The position numbers were made by a program, and so were the translations under genes. Below, piece by piece: positions 55,614 through 64,000 of a stretch of 64,000 bases of DNA. This stretch comes from a bacterium (lineage in GTDB: Bacteria; JADJOY01), in assembly GCA_046331705.1 (NCBI GenBank), contig JAXLQJ010000004.1, positions 186,001 through 250,000 of the forward strand, read 5' to 3'. Position 1 is the stretch's first letter. The number at the start of each line of letters is the position of its first letter. Under the pieces are notes generated by a model. That model saw only the letters and a list, made by a program, of their open reading frames with translations, had not been told where the DNA came from and made no database searches.

Positions 55614-55711
55614 GCCGCGCGCGGCCGATCGAAGCCCGTGGGCGGGAAAGCGTTCAGAAAACCGAGCACTTGTGACTCGATCGCGCGTCGCGCTCGCGCT
55701 CGCCCCGCGGC

Positions 55712-57400
55712 TTGCAGTGGTCGAGGCCGCACCTCACACCCGCACGTGCCGGATTCGGAGCCGCAATCGTGACCACTCCTCGAGCGCCAACTCGTGCCAC
55801 CCCGGCCGCCGGCGAGCTCTTCCACCGTGCGCTCGCGCGCTGGCGACGGCACCGGTGCGAGTCCAAGCCGCTTCCGGCCCCCGGGAACCGCACCGGCGCG
55901 CCCCGGCCGCCAACTCACCCGCTCGCTCGGTTCGTTCTGGCGCGGTGGATTGCCGTGTCCTCGCTCCTCGGGTGCCAGGCACCGCTCACCGTCGATCGCT
56001 ACGACGACGAGCCGAGCGCATCGGCTTGTGTCGAGGGCGTGCCCAACGATTGCTCGCTGCGCGGCGCGATCCTGAACGCCAACCGCACACCCGGAACGGC
56101 GAGCATCGCGCTCCCCGCCGGGACCTACGCGCTCTCCGTCCCGGGACGCAACGAGGACGCGAGCGAGTCCGGTGATCTCGACATCACGGACGACCTGACG
56201 ATCGCCGGCATGCCGGACGCCGAGGGGCACCGACCGAACGTCGTGCTCGCCGACGTCTCCCTCGATCGCGCCTGGCATGTGGATCCGGCGAGGGCAGGAA
56301 TCACCGTCCGCTTGGCTGACCTCGATCTCGCGGGAGGCCTGGCGATCGACCTCGAAGCGCCGGACTGGGGAGGCTCCCCGTACGGCGGAACGATCCTCAA
56401 CACCGGCGCGGCGCTCACGCTGGAACGCTGCGCGATCCTCACGGGCGAGGCCATCGTCGGCGCCGCGATCCTGAACGAAGGTCGCCTCACGCTGGTCGGC
56501 AGCACCATCACCGGCGGCTACCTCTTCTTCCTGCTCAAGGGAGGCGGCATCGCCAACGGGAACCCGTACACCGGTGCCCCCGGTGGCCAGGTGTCCATCG
56601 AAGACTCCGAGGTGCGCGAGTTCGAGGTCGCCCACGACGACACGTGGCGACCCTTCGGAACCGAGGTCATCGAAGGTGGTGGGATCTACAACGGTGACGG
56701 CGGTGTGCTCACGATCACGCGATCCACGATCGCGGCAAACCGGCTGTCGTCAGGCGCCATCCTCCAGCCCGCCTGCGTCGAGCCCGTGCTCGGCGGCGGC
56801 ATCGCCAATCACGCCGTGCTGTGGATCGAGCAATCCACGGTCGTCGCCAACGCGGTCAGCGAGTCCTGCGGCTGGGGTCTGAGCTCGGCGCGCGGCGGCG
56901 GGATCGCCAACACGGCCGAGGCCGCGCTGGTCAACGTCACGTTGAGCGAGAACGTTGCGTACTCGTCCTCGCAGCCCGGCGAAGGAAGTGCGCTCTACAA
57001 CGCCGGCACGGCGGTGCTCGCCCACGTCACGTCGGCAGAGAACCTGCCTGCCGGTGGCGCAGCGATCCACGGCGCGGGCGGCATTCTCGAGCTCGCGAAC
57101 TCGCTGATTCACGATGCGTGCGGCGGCGCGGGGATCCTCTCGAGTGGCGGGAACCTCGAGAGCCCTGGGGACACCTGCGGACTCGACCAGCCGAGCGATC
57201 GGCCCACCGTTCCCGACCCGGGTCTCGGTCCGCTCGCCGACAACGGCGGGCCGACGCAAACGGTTGCGCTGCTCACCGGCAGCCCCGCCCTCGACGCGGG
57301 CTTGCCGGCGGCGTGCCTCGCCACCGACCAGCGCGGCGAGCCCCGCGAGGACGGCCACTGCGACATCGGCGCCTTCGAGCGCCAACCCGAGGATTCCTGA
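55712..57400 (+). CDS. CSLREA-like (CSLRGA) choice-of-anchor-Q lipoprotein, paralog A
   Basis: LLGC lipobox-like, DCSLRGAILNAN, GDLDITD, LADNGGPTQT..TDQRG..CDIGAFE; true start uncertain (55712, 55769 or later). Confidence 0.85.
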   Translation: MQWSRPHLTPARAGFGAAIVTTPRAPTRATPAAGELFHRALARWRRHRCESKPLPAPGNRTGAPRPPTHPLARFVLARWIAVSSLLGCQAPLTVDRYDDEPSASACVEGVPNDCSLRGAILNANRTPGTASIALPAGTYALSVPGRNEDASESGDLDITDDLTIAGMPDAEGHRPNVVLADVSLDRAWHVDPARAGITVRLADLDLAGGLAIDLEAPDWGGSPYGGTILNTGAALTLERCAILTGEAIVGAAILNEGRLTLVGSTITGGYLFFLLKGGGIANGNPYTGAPGGQVSIEDSEVREFEVAHDDTWRPFGTEVIEGGGIYNGDGGVLTITRSTIAANRLSSGAILQPACVEPVLGGGIANHAVLWIEQSTVVANAVSESCGWGLSSARGGGIANTAEAALVNVTLSENVAYSSSQPGEGSALYNAGTAVLAHVTSAENLPAGGAAIHGAGGILELANSLIHDACGGAGILSSGGNLESPGDTCGLDQPSDRPTVPDPGLGPLADNGGPTQTVALLTGSPALDAGLPAACLATDQRGEPREDGHCDIGAFERQPEDS

Positions 57401-57402
57401 CC

Positions 57403-58506
57403 ATGAAACGTCGCACGCAGGCGATCGCAGCCGCACTGGCGGTGGGTGCAGGTGGGTGCACCACTCCCACGACGTTTTTCGGCACCTACCCTGAATTCGA
57501 CAGCTTCGCCGCGTTGCGCGTGTTCCCGGAGGGCGGCTTGGTGGCCGCGGGCTACGCCAACGGGAGTGGCGGCGGCGAATCAGGGGCCGCGCTGCTGCGT
57601 CTCGACCCGAACGGCACCCCGCTCTGGTCGCGCACCTATCGACTGGACGGCGTCGAGACGCGCGCCTCCGACCTGGTGATCGCCGCGAATGGTGACGTGG
57701 TTCTTGCCGGTAGAGTCCTCGCCGAAACCGACGACGTGTTCGTCGTGCGCGCCGACGGCGATGGAAACCCGATCTGGTCCACGGCGATCGAGGGCGCGCG
57801 CGACGAGCGTGCGACGCAGATCGAATCCACGGCGGACGGGGGCTTCGTGGTCACGAACGACCAGCAAGTGGGTGACAACGTCTTCAAGCTCGACGCCGCG
57901 GGCCAGATCGTGTGGCGGCGCCACGTCGATACCGACGGGTACTTCTCGAATGCCGCCGTGCTCTCGAACGGCCTCATCGTCGTGGCGGGTGAGGAGGTCG
58001 TGACGCTGTCGAGCGACGGCTTCGAGCTTTCGCGCCGGCCCACCACCGTGTCCAACGGAGCGGCGATCTCGTTGCCGCGAGGCGGTGTCGTGGCCACCAC
58101 CGCGGACGTCATCGCCGTGGCAGGCGCATCGGAAGATGTCGGCGTCGTGACCGGCTTCGACTCGCTCGGCAGCCGGCTGTGGGAGGATGTGCTCGATCCT
58201 GTCGGTGCATCGTTGGTGGAGGTGCACGGCGTGGACGGCGCTCCCAACGGCGGTGTGGCGATCACCGGCCGCGACGTGCTCTACCTCGATCCGTGGCATC
58301 CGGAAACGCAGGCGCATTGGCCCGCGGCGATCGTCACCGACCCCCTCGGGCGCTCGGTGGCGCGCCAGCGCTTGGCGCTCACCATCGACGTCTATCCGGA
58401 TACGGGGGCGTACGTGGCCGATCGGGGCGAGATGGCGATGGCCGGCAGGACCGCGGATGCAGCCGTGATTCTCGAGACGCTCGGTCTCGGAGGGCCGCAA
58501 TCATGA
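57403..58506 (+). CDS. Putative lipoprotein with beta-propeller-like repeats
   Basis: MKRR..AGGC lipobox; repeats LRLDPNGTPLW, VRADGDGNPIW, KLDAAGQIVW, FDSLGSRLW. Confidence 0.75.
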   Translation: MKRRTQAIAAALAVGAGGCTTPTTFFGTYPEFDSFAALRVFPEGGLVAAGYANGSGGGESGAALLRLDPNGTPLWSRTYRLDGVETRASDLVIAANGDVVLAGRVLAETDDVFVVRADGDGNPIWSTAIEGARDERATQIESTADGGFVVTNDQQVGDNVFKLDAAGQIVWRRHVDTDGYFSNAAVLSNGLIVVAGEEVVTLSSDGFELSRRPTTVSNGAAISLPRGGVVATTADVIAVAGASEDVGVVTGFDSLGSRLWEDVLDPVGASLVEVHGVDGAPNGGVAITGRDVLYLDPWHPETQAHWPAAIVTDPLGRSVARQRLALTIDVYPDTGAYVADRGEMAMAGRTADAAVILETLGLGGPQS

Positions 58507-59954
58507 GACGCTTGCGCTTCCTCGCGACGACGCTGCTCTCGATCGCGCTCGCCGCAGCGTGTGGTTGTTCCGGCCCACTCACCGTCGACCGGTTCGACGA
58601 CGATCCCACGGCCACCGCGTGCCTCGCCGACGTGCCCGACGATTGCTCGCTGCGCGGTGCGATTCTGAACGCCAACCGCACCCTCGGCCCCGGCGTGATC
58701 GACGTGCCGGCGGGCGACTATCTGCTCGTCGCAGCCGGCCGCGACGAGGACGAGGGCCTGACGGGCGATCTCGACATCACGGACGCCGTGGAGATCTACG
58801 GACGCCTGGCGCCGAGCGGGTTCCCCGCGGTGCGCATCGACGCCCAGTCCGCGGATCGCGTGATCCACGTCCACCCGCTCGTCCTCGGAAGCGCGGTACG
58901 CGTCCAAGCGATCGAGCTGCGCGAGGGCGACACCGGCTGGCGCTTCGGCGACCCGCCGACCTCGACGGCCGACGGCGGTCTGGTCCTCAACGATGGCGCG
59001 GCGCTCACGCTCGACCAATGCCGGCTGCGGATCGGGCTGGCGCGCTACGGCGGGCTGGTCGCGAGCCGCGGCATCCTCGCCATCACCGCGAGCACGCTGG
59101 ACGGCGGCGAGGCGGTGCTCGGCGGTGGCGGTCTCGTGAACGGCGATCCGGAGGTCCCGGGATCCGGCGGCTCGGTCGCGCTGGCTCGCACCACGGTCAC
59201 GCGCAACGACATCTCGTACTTCCACACGCCGTCGCCGTTCGGCGGCGGGGGCGGAGTGCTGAACGCGGCCGGTGGCGCCATGCTCATTCAGGACAGCACC
59301 GTCTCGGAGAACACGTACACCCTTCACGACTCCGGGGGCCCCGCGTTCACCGGCGGCGGTGGAATCCGCAACCTCGCGCAACTCGACATCTCGGGCAGCC
59401 TCTTCGAGCTCAACGAGACCGACGGCGATTCCACGCCGCGCGGCGGCGCGATCCTCAACGACGGCGCCCTTCAGATCCGCAACACGACCTTCCACCAGAA
59501 CGGGTGTTGCAGCGGCTCCCTCGGCGATGCGGCCGTCTTCAACACCGGCATCGCGAGCCTCGACCACGTGACGTTCGCCTTCGACGTGGCTGCGGTGTGG
59601 GTCGAGTCCGGGCACGTGGAGAGCGCGAACTCGCTGTTTCGATCGTCGTCCACCTTCCCCGGGCCGCCGGCGTGCGCGGGCGGCGAGCTGATCTCGCTGG
59701 GCGGAAACCTGGAGGCGCCGAGCAATACGTGTGGCCTGCACGAACCGACGGACCAGGTGGGCGTCGCGGACCCCGGGCTCGCGACGATCGCCTCGAATGG
59801 CGGGCCCACGAAAACGATCGCGCTCCTCGCGACCAGCCCCGCGATCGACGGCGGCATTCCCGGCGCGTGCCTTGCCACCGACCAGCGAGGCGAGCCGCGC
59901 GACGACGGCCATTGCGACATCGGCGCCTTCGAGCGCCAGGCCAGCGATCCCTGA
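58503..59954 (+). CDS. CSLREA-like (CSLRGA) choice-of-anchor-Q lipoprotein, paralog B
   Basis: ATGA overlap; LAAACGC lipobox; DCSLRGAILNAN, GDLDITD, NGGPTKT..TDQRG..CDIGAFE. Confidence 0.88.
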   Translation: MRRLRFLATTLLSIALAAACGCSGPLTVDRFDDDPTATACLADVPDDCSLRGAILNANRTLGPGVIDVPAGDYLLVAAGRDEDEGLTGDLDITDAVEIYGRLAPSGFPAVRIDAQSADRVIHVHPLVLGSAVRVQAIELREGDTGWRFGDPPTSTADGGLVLNDGAALTLDQCRLRIGLARYGGLVASRGILAITASTLDGGEAVLGGGGLVNGDPEVPGSGGSVALARTTVTRNDISYFHTPSPFGGGGGVLNAAGGAMLIQDSTVSENTYTLHDSGGPAFTGGGGIRNLAQLDISGSLFELNETDGDSTPRGGAILNDGALQIRNTTFHQNGCCSGSLGDAAVFNTGIASLDHVTFAFDVAAVWVESGHVESANSLFRSSSTFPGPPACAGGELISLGGNLEAPSNTCGLHEPTDQVGVADPGLATIASNGGPTKTIALLATSPAIDGGIPGACLATDQRGEPRDDGHCDIGAFERQASDP

Positions 59955-60301
59955 TGCGCGGCCCGGGCGGGCTGCTCGCCGCGCGCGCCCAGGCGAGGGC
60001 CGGCGCGAGCGCTCGAAGCCGCTCCGAACCATCCCCAGCTCGCTCGCGGAATCGCTGCCGCGCTCGCGGGCACGGTCGTCGCACGCGTCGCAGGTGACGC
60101 TCTCGGCGTGCGCCGCCACCCGCTTCTCCCACGGAAAACCCGCCATTTCGACGACCGGACGCTCGGCGATCGCTCCCCCACACACCGGACTCCTCGGCCG
60201 ACGATTCCCGTTGGAGAGCCGCGAGGAGTTTCCGCCCGCGCGCATGCCGAGCGCGGCGCCGCGTCGACGAACGTCGCCCGCCGTCCGATCGGCGTCATTT
60301 C

Positions 60302-60331
60302 TTGGCTTGGTTTTGGCGCGCGTGGTAGGTT
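60302..60331 (+). promoter_or_regulatory. Putative promoter of gatCAB
   Basis: TTGGCT-N18-TAGGTT with extended -10 TG, ~30 nt before gatC. Confidence 0.4.
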
Positions 60332-60359
60332 CCGCGGCTTTCGAGCGGAGAATCCCACG

Positions 60360-60656
60360 GTGACGATCGAGCGCAAGGACGTGGTGCACGTCGCGAAGCT
60401 CGCACGCCTCGAGCTGAGCGATGCCGAGGTGGAGCGGATGACCCGTCAGCTCGACCAGATCCTGAGCTACATGCGCTCGCTCGACGCGCTCGGCGCTCTC
60501 GATCCGAACGAGGTGCCGCCCACGGCGCACGTGCTGGAAGTCTCGTGCCCCGAGCGCGCGGACGTGCCCCGCTCCTCCGGCCAGGACGAGGCGATCCTCG
60601 AGCGCGCGCCGTCGCGGCGCGAGCGCTTCTACTCGGTGCCCAAGGTGATCGAGTGA
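60360..60656 (+). CDS. gatC: Asp-tRNA(Asn)/Glu-tRNA(Gln) amidotransferase subunit C
   Basis: DVVHVAKLARLEL, LDQILSY, VPKVIE; GGAG RBS before GTG. Confidence 0.95.
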   Translation: MTIERKDVVHVAKLARLELSDAEVERMTRQLDQILSYMRSLDALGALDPNEVPPTAHVLEVSCPERADVPRSSGQDEAILERAPSRRERFYSVPKVIE

Positions 60657-60750
60657 AGGGCGCGCCGCGCACGCGGGACAGCGAGCACGTGGCGATCGGC
60701 CCCTTAGCTCGTCTCTCGCTTCGTCTGCGCTCCACCGAGATTCTCCCGCC

Positions 60751-62430
60751 ATGACGTCCGACCCCATCTGGAAGCTCTCGCTCGCCGAGGTCGCGCGACG
60801 CATTCGGACCCGCGCCATTTCCGCGGAGGAAGCGACCCGCGCCGCCCTCGACCGCGTCGGCGCCGTGGAAGAGCGCGTGCATGCGTTCATCCATCTCGAT
60901 GGCGACGCCGCGCTGCGCGACGCCCGCGCCATCGATGCGCGTCTCGCGAACGGCGAGGACGTCGGCCCGCTCGCCGGCGCGCCGATCGCGCTCAAGGACG
61001 TGCTCGCCGCCACCGGCACCCACACCACCTGCGGCTCGAAGATCCTGGAACCCTTCGTCTCGCCCTACGACGCCACCTGTGTCGCGCGCCTCAAGAGCGC
61101 GGGCGCGGTGTCGCTCGGCAAGCTCAACATGGACGAGTTCGCGATGGGCTCGACCACCGAGCACTCGGCGTACGGCCCCACGCGAAACCCCTGGAGCCTC
61201 GCACACGTGCCGGGTGGCTCGAGCGGCGGCTCGGCGGCGGCGGTGGCCGCGGGCGAATGCTTCGCGTCGTTGGGCTCGGACACCGGCGGCTCGATCCGTC
61301 AGCCCGCGTCCTTCTGCGGCGTCGTCGGCATCAAGCCCACGTACGGGCGCGTGAGCCGCTTCGGTCTGGTGGCGTTCGCGTCGAGCCTGGATCAGATCGG
61401 TCCGCTGGCCCGCACCGTCGAGGACACGGCGCTCGTGCTGGAGGTGATCGCCGGCCACGATGCGCGCGATTCGACGAGCCTCGACGTGCCGGTGGGCCGG
61501 TGGTCGCAAGACGTGTCCACCGGTGTGCGCGGGCTCAAGCTCGGCATTCCCAAGGAAGCCTTCGGTGCGGGTCTCGATCCCGAGGTGGATCGCGAGGTGC
61601 GCGCCGCCATCGACCGGCTCGCCGCCGACGGCGCCGAGATCGTCGAGGTCGAGCTTCCCCACACCCCGTACGCGGTGGCCACGTACTACGTGCTGGCGCC
61701 CGCCGAGGCGTCGTCGAACCTGGCGCGCTACGACGGCGTCCGCTACGGCCTGCGCGCCGGCGAGGACGGCTCGCTGGTCGACATGTACCGCAAGACCCGC
61801 TCGGCAGGGTTCGGCGACGAGGTGAAGCGCCGCATCCTGATCGGCACGTACGTGCTCTCGGCGGGCTACTACGACGCCTACTATCGGCGCGCGCAGCAAG
61901 TGCGCACGCTGGTGCGGCGCGACTACGAGCGAGCCTTCGAGCGTTGCGACGCGCTGGTCATGCCGGTGGCTCCCGAGCCGCCCTTCAAGCTCGGTGAGGC
62001 CAGTGGCGATCCGCTGCGGCTCTATCTCAGCGACGTGCTCACCATCGGCGTGAACCTGGCGGGCCTTCCCGGCATCAGCGTGCCCTGTGGAGCTTCCGCG
62101 GGCGGGCTGCCGATCGGCCTCCAGGTGGTCGGCCCGCCGCTACGCGAGGACACCCTCTTCCGGGTGGCCGGCGCGTGCGAGGATCGCTCGGGCTGGAAGA
62201 ACCGAGTCGCTCCTCTCGACGGCACCGCGGAGGCCCAAAGCGGCTCGGATGCGGCGCTCGCCAGAGGCGAGCCGGCGAGCGACGCGAGCCGGCTTGGGGG
62301 TGGGGCCCCGAAAAAGTCGCGCCTTTTTCGGGGCGGGGGTCTGGAACAGACCCCCGAGGAAACATCACCAGCGCGAGGACTCGACCAGCCCGATTTCGAG
62401 GCACCGCGGTCACCACGAGGTGGACAGTGA
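60751..62430 (+). CDS. gatA: Amidotransferase subunit A with ~70-aa C-terminal extension
   Basis: [60 protein letters not shown]. Confidence 0.97.
   Translation: MTSDPIWKLSLAEVARRIRTRAISAEEATRAALDRVGAVEERVHAFIHLDGDAALRDARAIDARLANGEDVGPLAGAPIALKDVLAATGTHTTCGSKILEPFVSPYDATCVARLKSAGAVSLGKLNMDEFAMGSTTEHSAYGPTRNPWSLAHVPGGSSGGSAAAVAAGECFASLGSDTGGSIRQPASFCGVVGIKPTYGRVSRFGLVAFASSLDQIGPLARTVEDTALVLEVIAGHDARDSTSLDVPVGRWSQDVSTGVRGLKLGIPKEAFGAGLDPEVDREVRAAIDRLAADGAEIVEVELPHTPYAVATYYVLAPAEASSNLARYDGVRYGLRAGEDGSLVDMYRKTRSAGFGDEVKRRILIGTYVLSAGYYDAYYRRAQQVRTLVRRDYERAFERCDALVMPVAPEPPFKLGEASGDPLRLYLSDVLTIGVNLAGLPGISVPCGASAGGLPIGLQVVGPPLREDTLFRVAGACEDRSGWKNRVAPLDGTAEAQSGSDAALARGEPASDASRLGGGAPKKSRLFRGGGLEQTPEETSPARGLDQPDFEAPRSPRGGQ
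62260..62363 (+). repeat. Dispersed palindromic repeat, copy 2 (in frame inside the gatA 3' end)
   Basis: ccagaggcgagccg..cttgggggtggggccccgaaaaagtcgcgcctttttcggggcgggggtctggaacagacccccg. Confidence 0.9.
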
Positions 62431-63869
62431 GTCGGCACACGCGCTGGGAGGCGGTGATCGGCCTCGAGGTGCACGCGCAGCTCAAGACCGCCACCAAGCT
62501 CTTCTGCTCGTGCTCGACGCGCTTCGGCGAAGCGCCCAACGCCAACACCTGCCCGGTGTGCTCGGGCTATCCCGGCGTGCTGCCGGTGCTGAACACCCAG
62601 GCGGTGGAGTACGCGCTGCGCGCCGCATTGGCGCTCGGCTGCGAGATCCCACCGATGTCGCGCTTCGCGCGCAAGAACTACTTCTACCCGGATCTGCCGA
62701 AGGGCTATCAGATCTCGCAGTACGAGCTGCCGCTCGCCGTGCACGGTGAGCTCGCCATCCCCTCCGGCGACGGCACCAAGCGGGTCGGCATCACCCGCGT
62801 CCACATGGAAGAGGACGCCGGCAAGCTGCTCCACGGCGAGGGCGGTGCCAGCCTGGTGGACTTGAACCGAGCCGGCACGCCGCTCGTCGAGATCGTGAGC
62901 GAGCCCGACATCCGCTCCGCCTCCGAAGCGGCGGACTACGTGCGCACGCTGCGCAGCATCCTCACCTTCGCGGACGTCTGCGACGGCAACATGGCGGAGG
63001 GCAGCCTGCGTTGCGACGCCAACGTCTCGGTGCGCCCGGTGGGGTCCACCACCTTCGGCACCCGCGCCGAGATCAAGAACATGAACTCGTTCAAGTTCAT
63101 CGAGAAGGCGATCAACTACGAGATCGATCGCCAGATCGAGCTGATCGAGGACGGCGGCAGGGTGGTGCAGGAGACGCGGCTCTTCGACTCGCGCACCGGT
63201 CGCACCGAGTCCATGCGCTCCAAGGAAGAGGCGCACGACTATCGCTATTTCCCCGAGCCCGACCTTCCGCCGCTGCTGATTCCCGCCACCCGAGTGAGCG
63301 AGGTGCGCGGCCACCTGCCCGAGCTTCCCGACGCGCGCCGCAAGCGCTTCGTCGACGGGCTCGGGCTGCCGGCCTACGACGCGCGCGTCCTGACCGAGAC
63401 CCGCGAGCTGGCCGAGTACTTCGAGGCGGTGGTCGCCGCGGGCGCCGCGCCCAAGGCCGCGAGCAATTGGGTGATGGGCGAGCTCTTGCGCAGCATGAAG
63501 GGCGAGACCCCGAGCCCCGCCGACCTCAAGTGGCCGCCGCGCTACCTGGCCGAGCTGATCGCGATGGTGGAATCGGGCGCGATCTCCGGCAGCACGGCGA
63601 AGTCGGTGCTCGCGGAGGGCCTCGAGTCCGGTATGGCTCCCGCCGACATCGTGAAGGAGAAGGGCCTGTCGCAGATCAGCGACGAGTCGGCCCTCGAAGC
63701 CGAGGTGGACGCGGTCATCGCCGCGAATCCCGGCGAGGTCGAGAAGTATCGGGCGGGCAAGGAAGCGTTGCTCGGGTTCTTCGTCGGCCAGGTGATGAAA
63801 CGCACCGGCGGCAAGGCGAATCCCAAGCGGCTCAACGAGATCGTGAAGGCACGGCTCAAGGCATCCTGA
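62427..63869 (+). CDS. gatB: Amidotransferase subunit B
   Basis: [56 protein letters not shown] overlap with gatA. Confidence 0.98.
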   Translation: MSRHTRWEAVIGLEVHAQLKTATKLFCSCSTRFGEAPNANTCPVCSGYPGVLPVLNTQAVEYALRAALALGCEIPPMSRFARKNYFYPDLPKGYQISQYELPLAVHGELAIPSGDGTKRVGITRVHMEEDAGKLLHGEGGASLVDLNRAGTPLVEIVSEPDIRSASEAADYVRTLRSILTFADVCDGNMAEGSLRCDANVSVRPVGSTTFGTRAEIKNMNSFKFIEKAINYEIDRQIELIEDGGRVVQETRLFDSRTGRTESMRSKEEAHDYRYFPEPDLPPLLIPATRVSEVRGHLPELPDARRKRFVDGLGLPAYDARVLTETRELAEYFEAVVAAGAAPKAASNWVMGELLRSMKGETPSPADLKWPPRYLAELIAMVESGAISGSTAKSVLAEGLESGMAPADIVKEKGLSQISDESALEAEVDAVIAANPGEVEKYRAGKEALLGFFVGQVMKRTGGKANPKRLNEIVKARLKAS

Positions 63870-63917
63870 CGCGCGAGGCAGCGGCAACGCGCGCAGCAGG
63901 CACGGGTGGAGAGGGAC

Positions 63918-64000
63918 ATGGCGTTCGAGACCGTCGAATGGAAGAACGGCGAGGTCGTGCTCATCGACCAGCGCAAGCTGCCCGTCGAGGAGATCTACCT
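63918..64000 (+). CDS. mtnA: S-methyl-5-thioribose-1-phosphate isomerase, N-terminus (3' truncated by window)
   Basis: MAFETVEWKNGEVVLIDQRKLPVEEIY, with the DQRxLP motif. Confidence 0.85.
   Translation, partial: MAFETVEWKNGEVVLIDQRKLPVEEIY

Noticed and set aside
55938-55953. Sigma-54 promoter tggcgcggtggattgc
   Set aside because: GG-to-GC spacing is 11 nt rather than 10, and it lies within the probable signal-peptide coding region
57314-59938. Diversity-generating retroelement TR/VR pair in the CSLRGA paralog 3' ends
   Set aside because: Differences are mostly third-position and not adenine-specific; both copies are coding; no reverse transcriptase nearby

Overview
Very GC-rich bacterial chromosome segment (roughly 70%+ by eye). 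Gene content resembles Myxococcota/deltaproteobacteria, but this is an inference. There are about 47 protein genes, two tRNA-Ser genes and one clear pseudogene; I saw no integrase, transposase or CRISPR array. Core genes: ppdK (3' end), dprA, trmFO, topA, a dCMP deaminase, serS with tRNA-Ser(TGA)/(GCT), a complete moxR-DUF58-batABCDE operon, gatCAB and the start of mtnA. Accessory modules: (i) tandem B12-binding radical SAM paralogs with a GNAT and an NAD-dependent epimerase; (ii) two YfhO-like membrane proteins around a VWA lipoprotein/histidine kinase/response regulator/methyltransferase unit; (iii) an NhaR-like LysR gene divergent from a 4xPKD lipoprotein, a Na/K-ATPase-like P-type ATPase fused to a PTS EIIA domain, and a Tat-type His-motif protein; (iv) a Ser/Thr kinase-AAA protein, a GAF sigma-54 activator, a decayed SUFU gene and three CSLREA/choice-of-anchor-Q proteins. 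The most striking sequence-level observation is a ~100-bp palindromic repeat present twice (46769-46867 on -, 62260-62363 on +). Its hairpins show compensatory base-pair changes. Both copies sit in the same open reading frame: one as a C-terminal extension of GatA, the other inside a 76-aa mini-ORF that overlaps both the moxR stop and the DUF58 start.
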